IMG/VR virus record: IMGVR_UViG_3300032297_000501
Span: 1 to 57,346 of that record
Source of the DNA: a virus
Lineage: Duplodnaviria > Caudoviricetes
Length of the DNA stretch: 57,346 nucleotides
Direction: 5' to 3' (one strand)
The notes under the pieces: generated by a model
Databases searched by the model: none
What the model was told of the DNA's origin: nothing
The model's input: the letters and a program-made list of their open reading frames with translations, nothing else
Position numbers and translations under genes: made by a program
Part shown: positions 1 to 9,156 of the stretch, one piece after another
How the letters are laid out: each line of letters begins with the position of its first letter
Numbering within the stretch: position 1 is the stretch's first letter

Positions 1-2
1 AT

Positions 3-1028
3 AGCGATGTACTATTTCGCCCTAAGCGAAGTACAATGGGCAGTCGTAGCGAAGTTGACCTAAAGAGAACTTATACATTTAGGAACAGCCAACAAACCTA
101 TACAGGTATTCCTATCATGGCTGCTAACATGGATGGTGTTGGTACTTTTGATATGAGTTTGGCATTGGCAAAGCAGGGCTTGTTTACTTGCTTGGCTAAG
201 AGTTATCAACCAGCTGATATTCACGAATGGCTCAATACTAGTGAATATAAAGATGACCTAGTAAAAGCTATTGCAGTTAGTACCGGCATTACTGATGTTG
301 ATAGCGAACGTATTGAAGCTACACTTAAGTTTAGTCGCAGTATCAAATATGTTTGCATCGATGTTGCCAATGGCTATAGCGAAAAGTTTCTAGACTATGT
401 AGCACGTTTTAGGGACAGGTTCCCTCACGTAACTATTATTGCAGGCAATGTAGTAACGCCCGACGTAACAGAGGAATTGATTTTACGTGGAGCAGATATT
501 ATTAAAGTGGGTATCGGCCCCGGCAGTGTTTGTACTACTCGTATTAAGACTGGCGTAGGTTACCCGCAACTCAGCGCCGTCATCGAATGCGCGGATGCTG
601 CACACGGTCTCGGTGGGCATATTATTGCCGACGGCGGATGTACTTGCCCTGGTGATGTAGCTAAGGCATTTGGTGCAGGCGCGGACTTCGTGATGCTAGG
701 AGGCATGCTTGCCGGATGCGATGAAGGCGGAGGAGAGATTGGCTCCGACGACAACACAGTTAGCTTCTACGGAATGAGTTCTACTGCGGCACAAGACAAG
801 CATGGAGGCCGCAAGAGTTACAGAGCCAGTGAAGGGCGTGTAGTTAAGATTCCTTATCGCGGCGCTGTTGCTCCTGTGGTCCAAGATATTTTAGGTGGTG
901 TGCGTAGTACGTGTACATATGTGGGTGCTAAGAGTTTGAAAGAACTTAGTAAGCGTACAACCTTTATACAGGTTAATAACGGTAAACAATTTAACACAGT
1001 ATACGAAAGTAGTACTATAGGTAGCTAA
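3..1028 (+). CDS. guaC: GMP reductase (5' end lies outside the window)
   Basis: Frame is open from nt 3 ([11 protein letters not shown]), matching the GuaC N-terminus. Motifs [43 protein letters not shown]. Confidence 0.95.
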   Translation, partial: SDVLFRPKRSTMGSRSEVDLKRTYTFRNSQQTYTGIPIMAANMDGVGTFDMSLALAKQGLFTCLAKSYQPADIHEWLNTSEYKDDLVKAIAVSTGITDVDSERIEATLKFSRSIKYVCIDVANGYSEKFLDYVARFRDRFPHVTIIAGNVVTPDVTEELILRGADIIKVGIGPGSVCTTRIKTGVGYPQLSAVIECADAAHGLGGHIIADGGCTCPGDVAKAFGAGADFVMLGGMLAGCDEGGGEIGSDDNTVSFYGMSSTAAQDKHGGRKSYRASEGRVVKIPYRGAVAPVVQDILGGVRSTCTYVGAKSLKELSKRTTFIQVNNGKQFNTVYESSTIGS

Positions 1029-1029
1029 T

Positions 1030-1950
1030 ATGAACACAATAGATAAAATTTTTAAGTACAATAGAAGTCCAGTTATTTCTGATTTCTTTAAAGAAAAACT
1101 AAATGAGCTAATTGGTTTTGGAACCTATCATAATGAAATTGAAAAGGTCCGTGATGGTATTGTTCAAGAGCTAATTAACTACAGAGAAAAATATAAAATT
1201 ACAAATGTAGTAATTGGCATGAGCGGAGGTCTTGATAGCGCACTAACAGCAAGTCTGTATAAGGCTGCTGGTTATCATGTTATCGGTGTTACACTGCCCA
1301 TCCATCAGAATCCAGAAGAAACTGCTCGAGGTATTGAAGCTATCAAGACATTAGGATTGGATCATGTGCATATCGACTTAACTAAAGCATATGATAACTT
1401 AGTTGGTTTCTATCAAACAGAGACTGTTGACCTCACAGACAACGATAAACCTACACTAATGCGTAAAGGTAATATCAGAGCTCGCCTACGTATGATTACG
1501 CTATATAATCTTGCAGGTAGGTATAAAGGCTTTGTTGCTAGCACTGATAACTTTAGTGAGTTAGCTGCCGGCTTTTGGACACTGCACGGTGACGTAGGTG
1601 ACGTAGCACCTATCCAAAGTTTAACTAAAAGTTGGGAAGTGCCTGCATTAGCAGAGCTACAAGGTGTACCCAATAGCACTATCTATGCAGTGCCTACAGA
1701 TGGTCTAGGTATTGCCAACGGTGATGAGGATCAGTTTGGATTTAGTTATTTAGAGTTTGACATTGCTGTGTTTACTCTTATTAAAGGATTGAGTTTAGCA
1801 AATGCCACAGAACAAGATATTAAAATTATTGAAAGTGTTAAATCTAGACTAAGAGGAACTGCATTTAAACGCTCTAATCCTTATAACTTATTTCACCCTT
1901 TGTTTGGTGCTAGATTTGACGAACTCAGGATTTTAGATGAGACGCTATAA
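1030..1950 (+). CDS. nadE: NH3-dependent NAD+ synthetase
   Basis: PP-loop GMSGGLDSAL, GNIRARLRM, STDNFSE, GFWTLHGD, PTDGL, DEDQFG. No glutaminase domain. Confidence 0.9.
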   Translation: MNTIDKIFKYNRSPVISDFFKEKLNELIGFGTYHNEIEKVRDGIVQELINYREKYKITNVVIGMSGGLDSALTASLYKAAGYHVIGVTLPIHQNPEETARGIEAIKTLGLDHVHIDLTKAYDNLVGFYQTETVDLTDNDKPTLMRKGNIRARLRMITLYNLAGRYKGFVASTDNFSELAAGFWTLHGDVGDVAPIQSLTKSWEVPALAELQGVPNSTIYAVPTDGLGIANGDEDQFGFSYLEFDIAVFTLIKGLSLANATEQDIKIIESVKSRLRGTAFKRSNPYNLFHPLFGARFDELRILDETL

Positions 1951-1956
1951 TTATCA

Positions 1957-1964
1957 TATAAATA
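1957..1964 (+). promoter_or_regulatory. T4-late-like promoter TATAAATA
   Basis: Exact T4 late consensus in the intergenic gap, followed by AGGAG RBS and ATG 1998. Confidence 0.65.
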
Positions 1965-1997
1965 CTGTGTGATACACATTTATAACAGGAGAATATC

Positions 1998-2333
1998 ATG
2001 GGTATTGAACTATTAATTGTTGTGGTGCTAGTTGGCACAGGTTTAGCATTCTGGTACTTTAACAGAGATGCTAAGTCAGCTGACTTAAACAACGATGGCA
2101 AGACAGATGTTAAGGATGCAGTAGTTGCTGTTGAAAACACAGTTGAAGGTCTTAAGGCCGCCGCTGATGTTAACAACGACGGCAAAGTAAATGCAGAAGA
2201 TGTTAAAGTTGTTGCAACAAAAGCTAAGGCTACTGCTAAAAAAGCAGTTAGTAAGGCTAAGGCAGCTACAGCTAAGACAGCTAAGTCAGCTAAGACAACT
2301 ACAGCTAAGACGCCAAAGTCTCCGAAGAAGTAA
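1998..2333 (+). CDS. Small membrane-anchored protein with two EF-hand/dockerin-like loops and a Lys/Ala-rich tail
   Basis: N-terminal hydrophobic helix; DLNNDGKTD and DVNNDGKVN; KATAKKA-type C-terminus; AGGAG RBS. Confidence 0.75.
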   Translation: MGIELLIVVVLVGTGLAFWYFNRDAKSADLNNDGKTDVKDAVVAVENTVEGLKAAADVNNDGKVNAEDVKVVATKAKATAKKAVSKAKAATAKTAKSAKTTTAKTPKSPKK

Positions 2334-2342
2334 GTAGCTTCA

Positions 2343-3089
2343 GTGTTTTTTGCGTTTGACGTAGACGGCACGTTAACGCCGAGTAGGCAAAGAATTGACC
2401 CTGATTTTGAGCAGTGGTTCGTCAATTGGATGAGCTTTGTTCAAGAAAAGGGTCATTCTGTCCTTTTAGTCACAGGTAGTGATTACGAAAAGACTGTTGA
2501 GCAATTAGGTTCATCTATCACTGAATCTGTAGATTATTGTTGCAACTGTTTGGGTAATCATGTATTACACAAAGGCCAACTCATCGAATCTTACACATTC
2601 ACTCCTACACAGGAATTAATTAGATTTTTAGAAAATGAGCTTGCTAATAGCTCATATACTGAACGTTACGGAAATCATATTGAACACAGAGGAAGTATGA
2701 TCAACTTTAGTGTAGTTGGTCGTAACGCTGTAGGTGAACAGCGCAAACGCTACTATGATTGGGATAAGTTTAGCTGTGAGCGACTGACATTGGCAGAAAA
2801 GATTAACACACTCTTTCCCGATGTGTCTGCACAAGCAGGCGGCGAGACAGGTATAGATATTATACCTAATGGCAGAGACAAGCGTCAGGTAATCAAGTAT
2901 ACCGGAGATCATAAGGTTTGGTTCTTTGGTGATAGGTTGGACGATGGCGGCAACGACAAACCCTTAGCAGATGTACTGTTAGTATCTGGAACACATTCCG
3001 AAGCATTTCATGTAAAGTCATGGCAAGAGACTTGGGAGATGCTACAGGATATAACTATCAACGATTTAAATATTATGATGCATAAGTGA
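2343..3089 (+). CDS. HAD-IIB phosphomannomutase-like protein (eukaryote-type PMM family)
   Basis: FDVDGTLT, VTGSD, IEHRGSMINFSVVGRNA, GGETGIDI, FFGDRLDDGGND. Confidence 0.85.
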   Translation: MFFAFDVDGTLTPSRQRIDPDFEQWFVNWMSFVQEKGHSVLLVTGSDYEKTVEQLGSSITESVDYCCNCLGNHVLHKGQLIESYTFTPTQELIRFLENELANSSYTERYGNHIEHRGSMINFSVVGRNAVGEQRKRYYDWDKFSCERLTLAEKINTLFPDVSAQAGGETGIDIIPNGRDKRQVIKYTGDHKVWFFGDRLDDGGNDKPLADVLLVSGTHSEAFHVKSWQETWEMLQDITINDLNIMMHK

Positions 3090-3096
3090 AAAAATA

Positions 3097-3104
3097 GATA
3101 AATA
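3097..3104 (+). promoter_or_regulatory. Late-type promoter motif GATAAATA
   Basis: Intergenic copy of the recurring motif, upstream of ORF 3135. Confidence 0.55.
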
Positions 3105-3134
3105 CACTTATATAACTTATTTTAGGAGTTCACC

Positions 3135-3485
3135 ATGGGGACAGTTACATATCCAGCAGGCGCAACAACATGGAGCGTTGCTGATAGACAAGCACAAAAA
3201 GAATTTGCTGCAAAGCTACACAATATTGATATTGAAGATCTAGTTGTTGGTGTACACATCGGCCCAGAAGAATCAAACGGAGTAGGATTACCTGAAGACT
3301 TTGAAGGTCTTCGTCCTTTCCATAAAGTTGATAATCCTGCGGAAGGTTGGAACAATGGTGCCAAATATGTAGTGTATTTTGAAAACGATGCAGGTGAAAT
3401 ATTCAAAGCTATTAATGCTGATCCTTCAACTATTTCTGCACTATCAGAAGGCCCTGAGTTTGAGTCAGTGATTTCTTATAAGTAA
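3135..3485 (+). CDS. Hypothetical protein
   Basis: 116 aa ORF with AGGAG RBS; no recognised motif. Confidence 0.7.
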   Translation: MGTVTYPAGATTWSVADRQAQKEFAAKLHNIDIEDLVVGVHIGPEESNGVGLPEDFEGLRPFHKVDNPAEGWNNGAKYVVYFENDAGEIFKAINADPSTISALSEGPEFESVISYK

Positions 3486-3488
3486 TTC

Positions 3489-3517
3489 TTGACTTTTAAC
3501 AATATAGACATTATACT
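3489..3517 (+). promoter_or_regulatory. Sigma70-type promoter
   Basis: TTGACT-17 bp-TATACT upstream of the sufE-like gene and clpP. Confidence 0.7.
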
Positions 3518-3526
3518 TACTGTATT

Positions 3527-3934
3527 ATGTCGACAAATACTTTAGAAACTTATATCGAAACTATAAACGATATAAAAGATTATAGCGAATTTGTAGAGTG
3601 GGTTAACTTGCTATCTAAACAGCTAACAGTTGATCCCTCTATCAGAACACCCGAACATTTTGTCTATGGTTGCCAGGTGTCTACCTGGTTTAAGTGTTCT
3701 GTTGACGATAATAAACTTTTCTTTTCCTTTGACAGCGATTCAAATTTTGCTAAAGGGGTAGTAAAAATACTACTTGATATTATTAATGGATCAACAGCAG
3801 AAGAAATTAAAAAGTTATCATTTTATGATTTTAGACAAATTAGTCGTTACTTGCCCACAGAACGACAACGCACATTACAAATTATCTTAAATAAAGCGCA
3901 TGAACTTGCAAACACAACAGGAGAAACACAATGA
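3527..3934 (+). CDS. sufE: SufE/CsdE family sulfur acceptor
   Basis: VYGCQVSTW (GCQ catalytic Cys), FDSDS..AKG, typical length. Confidence 0.8.
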   Translation: MSTNTLETYIETINDIKDYSEFVEWVNLLSKQLTVDPSIRTPEHFVYGCQVSTWFKCSVDDNKLFFSFDSDSNFAKGVVKILLDIINGSTAEEIKKLSFYDFRQISRYLPTERQRTLQIILNKAHELANTTGETQ

Positions 3935-4518
3935 ACTTTGTACCATTCGTAATTGAAAAAACCAGCCAAGGCGAGCGCAGTTATGACATTTATAGTCGCT
4001 TACTCAAGGAACGCATTGTGTTTCTCAACGGCGAAGTTAACGACGCAGTTAGCAACAGCATTTGTGCTCAGCTGCTATTCCTTGAAGCAGAAGATCCTGA
4101 TGCAGACATCAGCTTCTATATTAATAGTCCGGGTGGTGTAGTTACTGCTGGTATGGCTATGTACGATACTATGCAGTACATCAAACCTGATATCAGTACT
4201 ATTGTTATGGGCCAAGCATGTAGTATGGGGTCACTGCTAGCGCAAGCTGGTACAGCAGGCAAGCGTAAGATGTTGCCAAATGCCCGGCATATGATTCACC
4301 AGCCCAGCGGCGGCGCAGGTGGTCAAGCCACAGACATGGAAATCCAAGTACGCGAAATCCTTGTCATGAAGAAGAACCTCACAGAGATTTATGTAAAGCA
4401 TAATAGCCGCGGCAAGACATTTGAGGACCTTAGCCGAGACATGGAGCGTGACTATTTTATGAGTGCAAACGAAGCATTAGCATACGGCCTAGTGGACGAA
4501 ATTATTGCCGGCCGATAA
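3931..4518 (+). CDS. clpP: ATP-dependent Clp protease proteolytic subunit
   Basis: [30 protein letters not shown] (Ser), MIHQP (His), MERD (Asp). Confidence 0.97.
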   Translation: MNFVPFVIEKTSQGERSYDIYSRLLKERIVFLNGEVNDAVSNSICAQLLFLEAEDPDADISFYINSPGGVVTAGMAMYDTMQYIKPDISTIVMGQACSMGSLLAQAGTAGKRKMLPNARHMIHQPSGGAGGQATDMEIQVREILVMKKNLTEIYVKHNSRGKTFEDLSRDMERDYFMSANEALAYGLVDEIIAGR

Positions 4519-4540
4519 AGGTTTATAGTTAAATAGTGTT

Positions 4541-4906
4541 ATGCAAATAGAAAAACATTCACCTAACAAAGAGCTAATTACATTTACGGAATCAGCGCAA
4601 GAACATTTTAAACAAGTTGCTGGGTCTGCAAATGCATTAGGCGTCCGTCTTGCATTAGGCGGCGGCGGCTGTGCAGGATTTAGTTACAAATGGGAATTAA
4701 TCAAAACACCGAGTGAAATCGATGCAAGTGATTATTCTCAAGCCTATGATGGTTGGACATTCTGGTTAGACAAAACTTCTGAGCTGTATCTTATCGGTAG
4801 TACGGTAGATAAGAAAGTAGACATTTCTGGTAGTGTAATCGATATTCAATCTCCTCTCGCAGCCAGCAGTTGTGGATGTGGCGAAAGTGTTAACTTTAAA
4901 ATCTGA
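4541..4906 (+). CDS. iscA: A-type Fe-S carrier (IscA/SufA/HesB family)
   Basis: GGGCAGFSY and C-terminal SSCGCGES. Confidence 0.9.
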   Translation: MQIEKHSPNKELITFTESAQEHFKQVAGSANALGVRLALGGGGCAGFSYKWELIKTPSEIDASDYSQAYDGWTFWLDKTSELYLIGSTVDKKVDISGSVIDIQSPLAASSCGCGESVNFKI

Positions 4907-5748
4907 TGTCAAATTTTAGCTTTATCGAATACAGTTTCGACCCATACGAAAGTAATCCAGAAGATATATATTCGTCCTTAAATAGGTTAGGTTTTGTTCA
5001 ACGTAATGTTCACACATCTAATGAATCTAGTATGTGGATACAGAATCAATGCATTGTTTTGCTGAGAGAAACTTCTCTTGTTGATACACCTAAGATAACC
5101 GGCTTAGGTTTAGTAATTGACGAGTCTATTGCTGACAATGATTTTTATTTTGAAGACCAATGTGGTATGTTAGTAGCACATGATCCAAATGGTTTTAGAA
5201 TATTAGCAATGCCTGAAAAAAGTTTAACTAAGATGATAACTCACGGTTATAGAGTTGTTGATCGAAAACAATACGAAACAACCGGGATAGAATATTTTAG
5301 TGGTATAGTTTATAATACCAAAGATTCAAAAATTATAAACTTTTATGAAAACTTAGGTTTTCGTTATACAAAAAATTCTGATCGATATGACACACTTATG
5401 TCAAAGAATAACAGATTTACCCTCCTTCTAAATAAAACAGATGATTCTAATTCTGTTGATATTCTATACGCTGATACAAATGATGTGTTTAAAACAACTA
5501 GTCATTATACAGTTGCAGGGTTTGACTCTAAAGAATATACAATTGACAAAGACAATTTAACTTTTGGCTCTAAACTTAATCATAAAATTATTGGTTATAA
5601 CTGTCTTGCTAAAGGTAACCGAGAAAGTTATACAATTGAAAATAGTGTTAGGCAACCGTTGCCTAGTTTTGATTTAATATTTAGAACTAGAAAGCAATAC
5701 CTACATATTGAAGAAGAAATTGTAGAGACGCACTATGCAACAGCGTAG
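4906..5748 (+). CDS. Hypothetical protein, possibly a divergent VOC/HppD-like fold
   Basis: N-terminus FSFIEYS...LGF...H.S...W.Q...IVLL resembles HppD; second FYENLGF repeat; metal ligands not evident. Confidence 0.45.
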   Translation: MSNFSFIEYSFDPYESNPEDIYSSLNRLGFVQRNVHTSNESSMWIQNQCIVLLRETSLVDTPKITGLGLVIDESIADNDFYFEDQCGMLVAHDPNGFRILAMPEKSLTKMITHGYRVVDRKQYETTGIEYFSGIVYNTKDSKIINFYENLGFRYTKNSDRYDTLMSKNNRFTLLLNKTDDSNSVDILYADTNDVFKTTSHYTVAGFDSKEYTIDKDNLTFGSKLNHKIIGYNCLAKGNRESYTIENSVRQPLPSFDLIFRTRKQYLHIEEEIVETHYATA

Positions 5749-6052
5749 CAGAATTTATTCCGAAATATTCCCCGACGAGTTAATGCTCGAAGCATTCGGC
5801 ACCATAATGCCTACTCAAGCAGCTAAGAATGAATATTTTTTTAATCATTGGATGATTTGGAAAGAACATGAACTCAAAGCTACTTCAAATGTTACTCCCA
5901 ATGTTTTTAAAAAATCTGTAAAGGAAAAATGTAATCAAATCGGATTAAGAGAATTTTGGGATTATCAAACTCGAGGTTTTTCAATTAGATTTAAAGATGC
6001 GGAACTATTAGCATTTTTTAGAATATCAGTAGGCGACCAATGGACTATATAG
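5735..6052 (+). CDS. Hypothetical protein
   Basis: 105 aa ORF overlapping its neighbours; C-terminal IRFKDAELLAFFRI motif typical of small phage proteins. Confidence 0.65.
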   Translation: MQQRSRIYSEIFPDELMLEAFGTIMPTQAAKNEYFFNHWMIWKEHELKATSNVTPNVFKKSVKEKCNQIGLREFWDYQTRGFSIRFKDAELLAFFRISVGDQWTI

Positions 6053-6348
6053 CAAACTTGTACAATCTTAGTGACGATAAGTTATCTCACGAAATAATGA
6101 ATCTCTATAAGAAACTTTCTAAAGTCAATAGCATATCTCCTATCTACGGACAGATTTTAGAAATGATTAATACAGCAGAAGCAGTTAGGCAGGAAAGAAT
6201 GCTTTCTTCAAAATTTTCAGCTGAAGATAAAATTGACAGTGTTATTGAAATTGGGTCAGTTGAATCTGTAGTATATACTCCTATATACTCACAAGAAGAA
6301 TTTTTAGAAGTTGTAGCTAAAATGTATTTAGATAAAGGTAAACAATGA
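6040..6348 (+). CDS. Hypothetical protein
   Basis: 102 aa ORF in a coupled run of genes. Confidence 0.65.
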   Translation: MDYIANLYNLSDDKLSHEIMNLYKKLSKVNSISPIYGQILEMINTAEAVRQERMLSSKFSAEDKIDSVIEIGSVESVVYTPIYSQEEFLEVVAKMYLDKGKQ

Positions 6349-7085
6349 TGAGAAGTCTATCGTTAGAAAAATCTAGTAATATCAAGTTAATTGTACTAGA
6401 AAACAAACGTTTCGTTGTTAGACATTACGAAATTAGTTTTTCGATGCTAACGAGAGTTGGTGAAGATCAAAAGGAAATGAGTGAATTGCATCTAGAGCAA
6501 AATATTAGTTTTGCTAAAGTGATGTGCTTTGTTGATGTAATACTCAACGACAGTATTGTTATTACCGCAGATAGCTTACCCCACTACGAAAAAACTTTGT
6601 GCGAATTTTCAAACAATTATGTTTTAATTCCTGATACAGAGGATTCATCGATCATCAATGTACTGACCTCAAAGTTTAATGCTATTGTTGGTGATAACAC
6701 TGAAGTTAATTCTGTTACATTGGTAGACCTAGATGATCAGTTAAAGTACCGGTTAGATTTGTTTGAAGATGATGAAGAAGAGGACAACGATATTATTAAT
6801 ATCAAGGAGTGGTTAGGTGAGTTTGCACTTAATGATGTTCCTTGGTGGCAGAGAGGTGACATCACTACTTGGGATGGTGTAGCTAAGAATCAAGAAGAAT
6901 TTGACGCAATTAAAAATATTACATCTGACGACGAACACGTATCTATATTTGACGATATCGAAGAAAGTATTAGAACTTTGTATAAATCTACACAGCAGAA
7001 AAATGTAGAAGCAGAAGCAGATGTAATTGAAGTAGATTTTCAAACCGAAACTAAAAAGAAAAAATGGAAACCAAAATTGGTTTGA
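6345..7085 (+). CDS. Hypothetical acidic protein
   Basis: 246 aa ORF with ATGA overlap; PWW motif; basic C-terminal tail. Confidence 0.7.
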   Translation: MMRSLSLEKSSNIKLIVLENKRFVVRHYEISFSMLTRVGEDQKEMSELHLEQNISFAKVMCFVDVILNDSIVITADSLPHYEKTLCEFSNNYVLIPDTEDSSIINVLTSKFNAIVGDNTEVNSVTLVDLDDQLKYRLDLFEDDEEEDNDIINIKEWLGEFALNDVPWWQRGDITTWDGVAKNQEEFDAIKNITSDDEHVSIFDDIEESIRTLYKSTQQKNVEAEADVIEVDFQTETKKKKWKPKLV

Positions 7086-7114
7086 TTGACATAGTAGATA
7101 AAGTGTGTTATAGT
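7086..7114 (+). promoter_or_regulatory. Sigma70-type promoter
   Basis: TTGACA-17 bp-TATAGT just upstream of ORF 7122. Confidence 0.7.
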
Positions 7115-7121
7115 TTAGACT

Positions 7122-7580
7122 ATGAATATAATTAAAGCAACTGAGTTAGATGGAATCGAGCTACTGTATAATAATAAGCAGATTGCAGGGATTCCTTTTG
7201 ATAACATTGCCCAATTTAATCAGTATGCAGATTTATTAGAAATTGAGAAATTAGTTGACTCAGTTGAGTATAGTAAAGATTTTAATATACCACAGAGGTA
7301 CAAAGAACTAGATGTAGAGGGTTTCTTAACCAGCATTGTAGAGGATGCTGACTCTAGTAGACGAGCGAGAGTATCCGAAGAGCTTGAGATGTTTCGTGCC
7401 AGGAACCTATTTCCAGTATTACAATTACTGATATATATTGTAGACACCATGCGTAAATATAATCTTGTTTGGGGTGTGGGTCGAGGCAGTAGCGTAGCCA
7501 GTTACTGTTTATACTTAATAGGTGTACATAAAATTGACAGCGTTAAGTATAATTTAGATATTCGCGAATTTTTAAAATGA
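7122..7580 (+). CDS. Stand-alone fragment of DNA polymerase III alpha (DnaE-like palm region)
   Basis: RVSEELE...YIVD..R....WGVGRGSSVASYCLYLIGVHKIDSVKYNL..EFL matches the DnaE GRGS..S...Y.LGIT.IDP..Y.L.FERFL block; only 152 aa. Confidence 0.85.
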   Translation: MNIIKATELDGIELLYNNKQIAGIPFDNIAQFNQYADLLEIEKLVDSVEYSKDFNIPQRYKELDVEGFLTSIVEDADSSRRARVSEELEMFRARNLFPVLQLLIYIVDTMRKYNLVWGVGRGSSVASYCLYLIGVHKIDSVKYNLDIREFLK

Positions 7581-7587
7581 GGAAAGT

Positions 7588-8019
7588 ATGACAATTAAAC
7601 GAAGCAACAGAGGCGTACAGATCGACTTTGATGCGCTAATGGCAAAGGCAGGAGAAGCTACTGCTGTTGGCAACATGCGAGTAAACGCCCAAGGTGATGT
7701 GCTCGGTAGAGGCGGCGAAGTCGTTCAGAAGAACGAAGAGCGTGTTAGAGCTTACTATAAAAATAATCCTCGTAGTAGTACATCAGCAAGTCTCAAGGGT
7801 GAAACGCCTACACAAAAGTTACAACCTGACACAACAGCCCCCGGAACACCAAAGACAGCCGCCACAGCAAAAGAAAATGTTCGTACTGCAAAACCAATTC
7901 CTGACCCTGTTACAGAACCGGATGAGTTTGATGCACCAAACGAACCTATTGGATATAGAGAAGTAGAATTGCCTAACGGCGATATTGAAATGGTTCCTGT
8001 GTACAAGCAAGATGAGTAA
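7588..8019 (+). CDS. Hypothetical protein
   Basis: 143 aa; AVGNMRVNAQGDVLG N-terminal block, Pro/Thr-rich linker; GAGG RBS. Confidence 0.7.
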   Translation: MTIKRSNRGVQIDFDALMAKAGEATAVGNMRVNAQGDVLGRGGEVVQKNEERVRAYYKNNPRSSTSASLKGETPTQKLQPDTTAPGTPKTAATAKENVRTAKPIPDPVTEPDEFDAPNEPIGYREVELPNGDIEMVPVYKQDE

Positions 8020-8365
8020 CACATCAACAATCACTACCGGCGGTATAGCAGTAGCTAACGGCGGCACCGGAGTTATCCAAACAACATCATTACCTACCAT
8101 AACTGCTGGTTCTCCTGGTCAAGTACTTACAACAGGAATCAACAGCTCACCATTTAGTTTTGTTAATCCTCCTAAAAACTTTAAAGCAGGAGCACTTACG
8201 ATTAAAGCCGGTGATGGTAACGAAGAAGCAGAAATTGATGCTGCCTTCATTAATGATTTAAAATTATTAATGGAAATAATTCAGGAAGTCCCAGACGAGC
8301 ATCCACTGGGAGATTTAAAACATGATTTGCGGAACCGCCGCGCTTTTAAGAAACTTGGAGGTTAA
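8012..8365 (+). CDS. Hypothetical protein with tail-fibre-like motifs (start revised to ATG 8012)
   Basis: IAVANGGTG and AGSPGQVLTT motifs; in-frame ATG overlaps the end of the upstream gene. Confidence 0.55.
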   Translation: MSNTSTITTGGIAVANGGTGVIQTTSLPTITAGSPGQVLTTGINSSPFSFVNPPKNFKAGALTIKAGDGNEEAEIDAAFINDLKLLMEIIQEVPDEHPLGDLKHDLRNRRAFKKLGG

Positions 8366-8737
8366 ATGAAACTGCGAGCAATTAGAGATAACATTCTTTG
8401 TACCGACGGCGACTTTGGAGACAAGGTTACTGCCGGTGGGTTAATTGTAAAAAGTACAATTGGTAAGAGCGAAGGTATTGTACCTCGCTGGTTCCGTGTA
8501 TTTGAAGTAGGCAGTGACATTGATTGGATCGAACCAGGGCAGTGGGTGTATGTCGAATACGGACGTTGGACTGAAGCTGTTGAAGTTGAAGACGAACGAT
8601 TTGACACCGAAAATAACAAAAAGAAGATTTGGAAGGTTGATCCTAGTGCTTGCCTGTTAGTATCAGATGAAGCACCTAGCGATACTATTACATTCAACAC
8701 AGAGGCAGTTAGCGCAATTAAGAAAGAGTTGTACTAA
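8366..8737 (+). CDS. groES: GroES-like co-chaperonin
   Basis: MKLRAIRDNIL, KVTAGGLIV mobile loop, V.EVG, I.PGQWV. Confidence 0.75.
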   Translation: MKLRAIRDNILCTDGDFGDKVTAGGLIVKSTIGKSEGIVPRWFRVFEVGSDIDWIEPGQWVYVEYGRWTEAVEVEDERFDTENNKKKIWKVDPSACLLVSDEAPSDTITFNTEAVSAIKKELY

Positions 8738-8913
8738 TGAAACTACCTGAATTTAATAATATAACTGTATCGGGAGGCTTAACAACAATTGGTTTGTTAG
8801 GTGTATCCCTTACTGTTTTAGTTGCCCTCGATAAAATTAGTGAATGGTGGCTTATTCTAAGTGTGTTATGCATACTTATGGGCGTTGGGATGGAATCAGG
8901 TAAACGTAAATAA
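8737..8913 (+). CDS. Small two-TM membrane protein (58 aa, not in ORF track)
   Basis: TAATG overlap with the groES-like stop; reads MKLPEFNNITVSGGLTTIGLLGVSLTVLVALDKISEWWLILSVLCILMGVGMESGKRK and fills the gap exactly. Confidence 0.7.
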   Translation: MKLPEFNNITVSGGLTTIGLLGVSLTVLVALDKISEWWLILSVLCILMGVGMESGKRK

Positions 8914-8916
8914 TAT

Positions 8917-9156
8917 ATGCCCTTCATAGAAAAACTAGGCGTTGAAAAAGTAAAAGAACAGATTTGGCAATACCAATATGTTTGCACTGACCCCAGAATG
9001 GACGGGTTTGTTGGTTTTGATTGTAAACAAAGATTATATGAAATAAAATTTGCTGTAGATGAAGCATTAGCTAAATGTCCTGCTTATCACGGCGAAGAAG
9101 AATGGCTTGAAGAGAAACGTACAGATAAAGCATTTCAAAAATTGGGGAATAGGTAA
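8917..9156 (+). CDS. Hypothetical protein
   Basis: 79 aa ORF translationally coupled to the ugd-like gene. Confidence 0.65.
   Translation: MPFIEKLGVEKVKEQIWQYQYVCTDPRMDGFVGFDCKQRLYEIKFAVDEALAKCPAYHGEEEWLEEKRTDKAFQKLGNR

Noticed and set aside
1030-1950. NadE acting as the missing QueC-like amidating enzyme for CDG
   Set aside because: It shares only the PP-loop fold, retains NadE-specific motifs and lies over 40 kb from the deazaguanine cluster; nothing in the sequence supports it.
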